DNA of 64,000 nt, from positions 1,665-65,664 of the forward strand of contig NZ_CAJPOU010000001.1 in assembly GCF_905372335.1 (NCBI RefSeq), written 5' to 3'. The notes below the pieces were generated by a model, which was not told the DNA's origin, made no database searches, and was given only the letters and a program-made list of their open reading frames with translations. Source of the DNA: Streptococcus sp. A12 (lineage in GTDB: Bacteria; Bacillota; Bacilli; Lactobacillales; Streptococcaceae). The position numbers were made by a program, and so were the translations under genes. Positions 63,867 to 64,000 of the stretch are shown one piece after another (the first letter of the stretch is position 1; every line of letters begins with the position of its first letter).

Positions 63867-64000
63867 TCTCAGTAAAGAGAGTGAGCAGGAGCTAGCTCAT
63901 GGCGTTCTGGAGCTTGTGGAGAATTACTTGGGAGCGCGTGATACAGTCAAACCACGTTTAACGGGTTTAATTTCAGCCCAGGTAGCCATGGACGAATTAG
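63853..64000 (+). CDS. Satellite small DNA-binding protein (possible excisionase); truncated by window end
   Basis: SD gaaaggag; MNMFSLSKESEQELAHGVLELVENYL..; frame open to the end; function inferred from position. Confidence 0.6.
   Translation, partial: MNMFSLSKESEQELAHGVLELVENYLGARDTVKPRLTGLISAQVAMDEL

Larger units (their letters stand above)
57898..64000. mobile_element. Phage satellite / phage-inducible chromosomal island (SpyCI-like), left part; continues beyond the window
   Basis: int, accessory gene, divergent repressor/cro, rha and small ORFs; visibly AT-rich; no structural genes in view. Confidence 0.8.

Noticed and set aside
57898..64000. Full-length prophage
   Set aside because: Compact int-repressor-cro-rha-small ORF order fits a satellite better; no structural genes are visible, but the window ends so a prophage cannot be excluded.

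Overview
Streptococcal chromosome segment; gene order and proteins resemble a mitis/parasanguinis-group oral Streptococcus (inferred, not tested). Bases 1-57.9 kb are mostly core genes: malT-mapP, nrdR-dnaB-dnaI-der, SNF2 helicase-murC-mltG-greA, yidC, lysA, murI-rdgB-xerD-like-scpAB-rluB, trkAH, trmL, FMN riboswitch-ribU, ytqAB, a TrpXYZ-type ABC transporter, a cell-wall GH95 fucosidase, pflA, ppaC, murE and murJ. From about 57.9 kb to the end lies the left part of an AT-rich phage satellite (PICI/SpyCI-like): integrase, PemK/MazF-fold gene, divergent repressor and cro, rha and small ORFs. The most notable unannotated signals are: (1) an orphan PemK/MazF-fold gene followed by a separately promoted ~80-nt twin-hairpin RNA, a candidate RNA-antitoxin defence module; (2) a 32-bp copy of the integrase anti-Shine-Dalgarno leader 3 kb away in the satellite early operon, suggesting an RNA-RNA switch for integrase; (3) a Phe/Tyr-rich leader-peptide attenuator upstream of the TrpXYZ-type transporter; (4) an FMN riboswitch with a ~125-nt structured insert; (5) an Mga-like regulator broken by two in-frame TAA codons and a hidden treR remnant.
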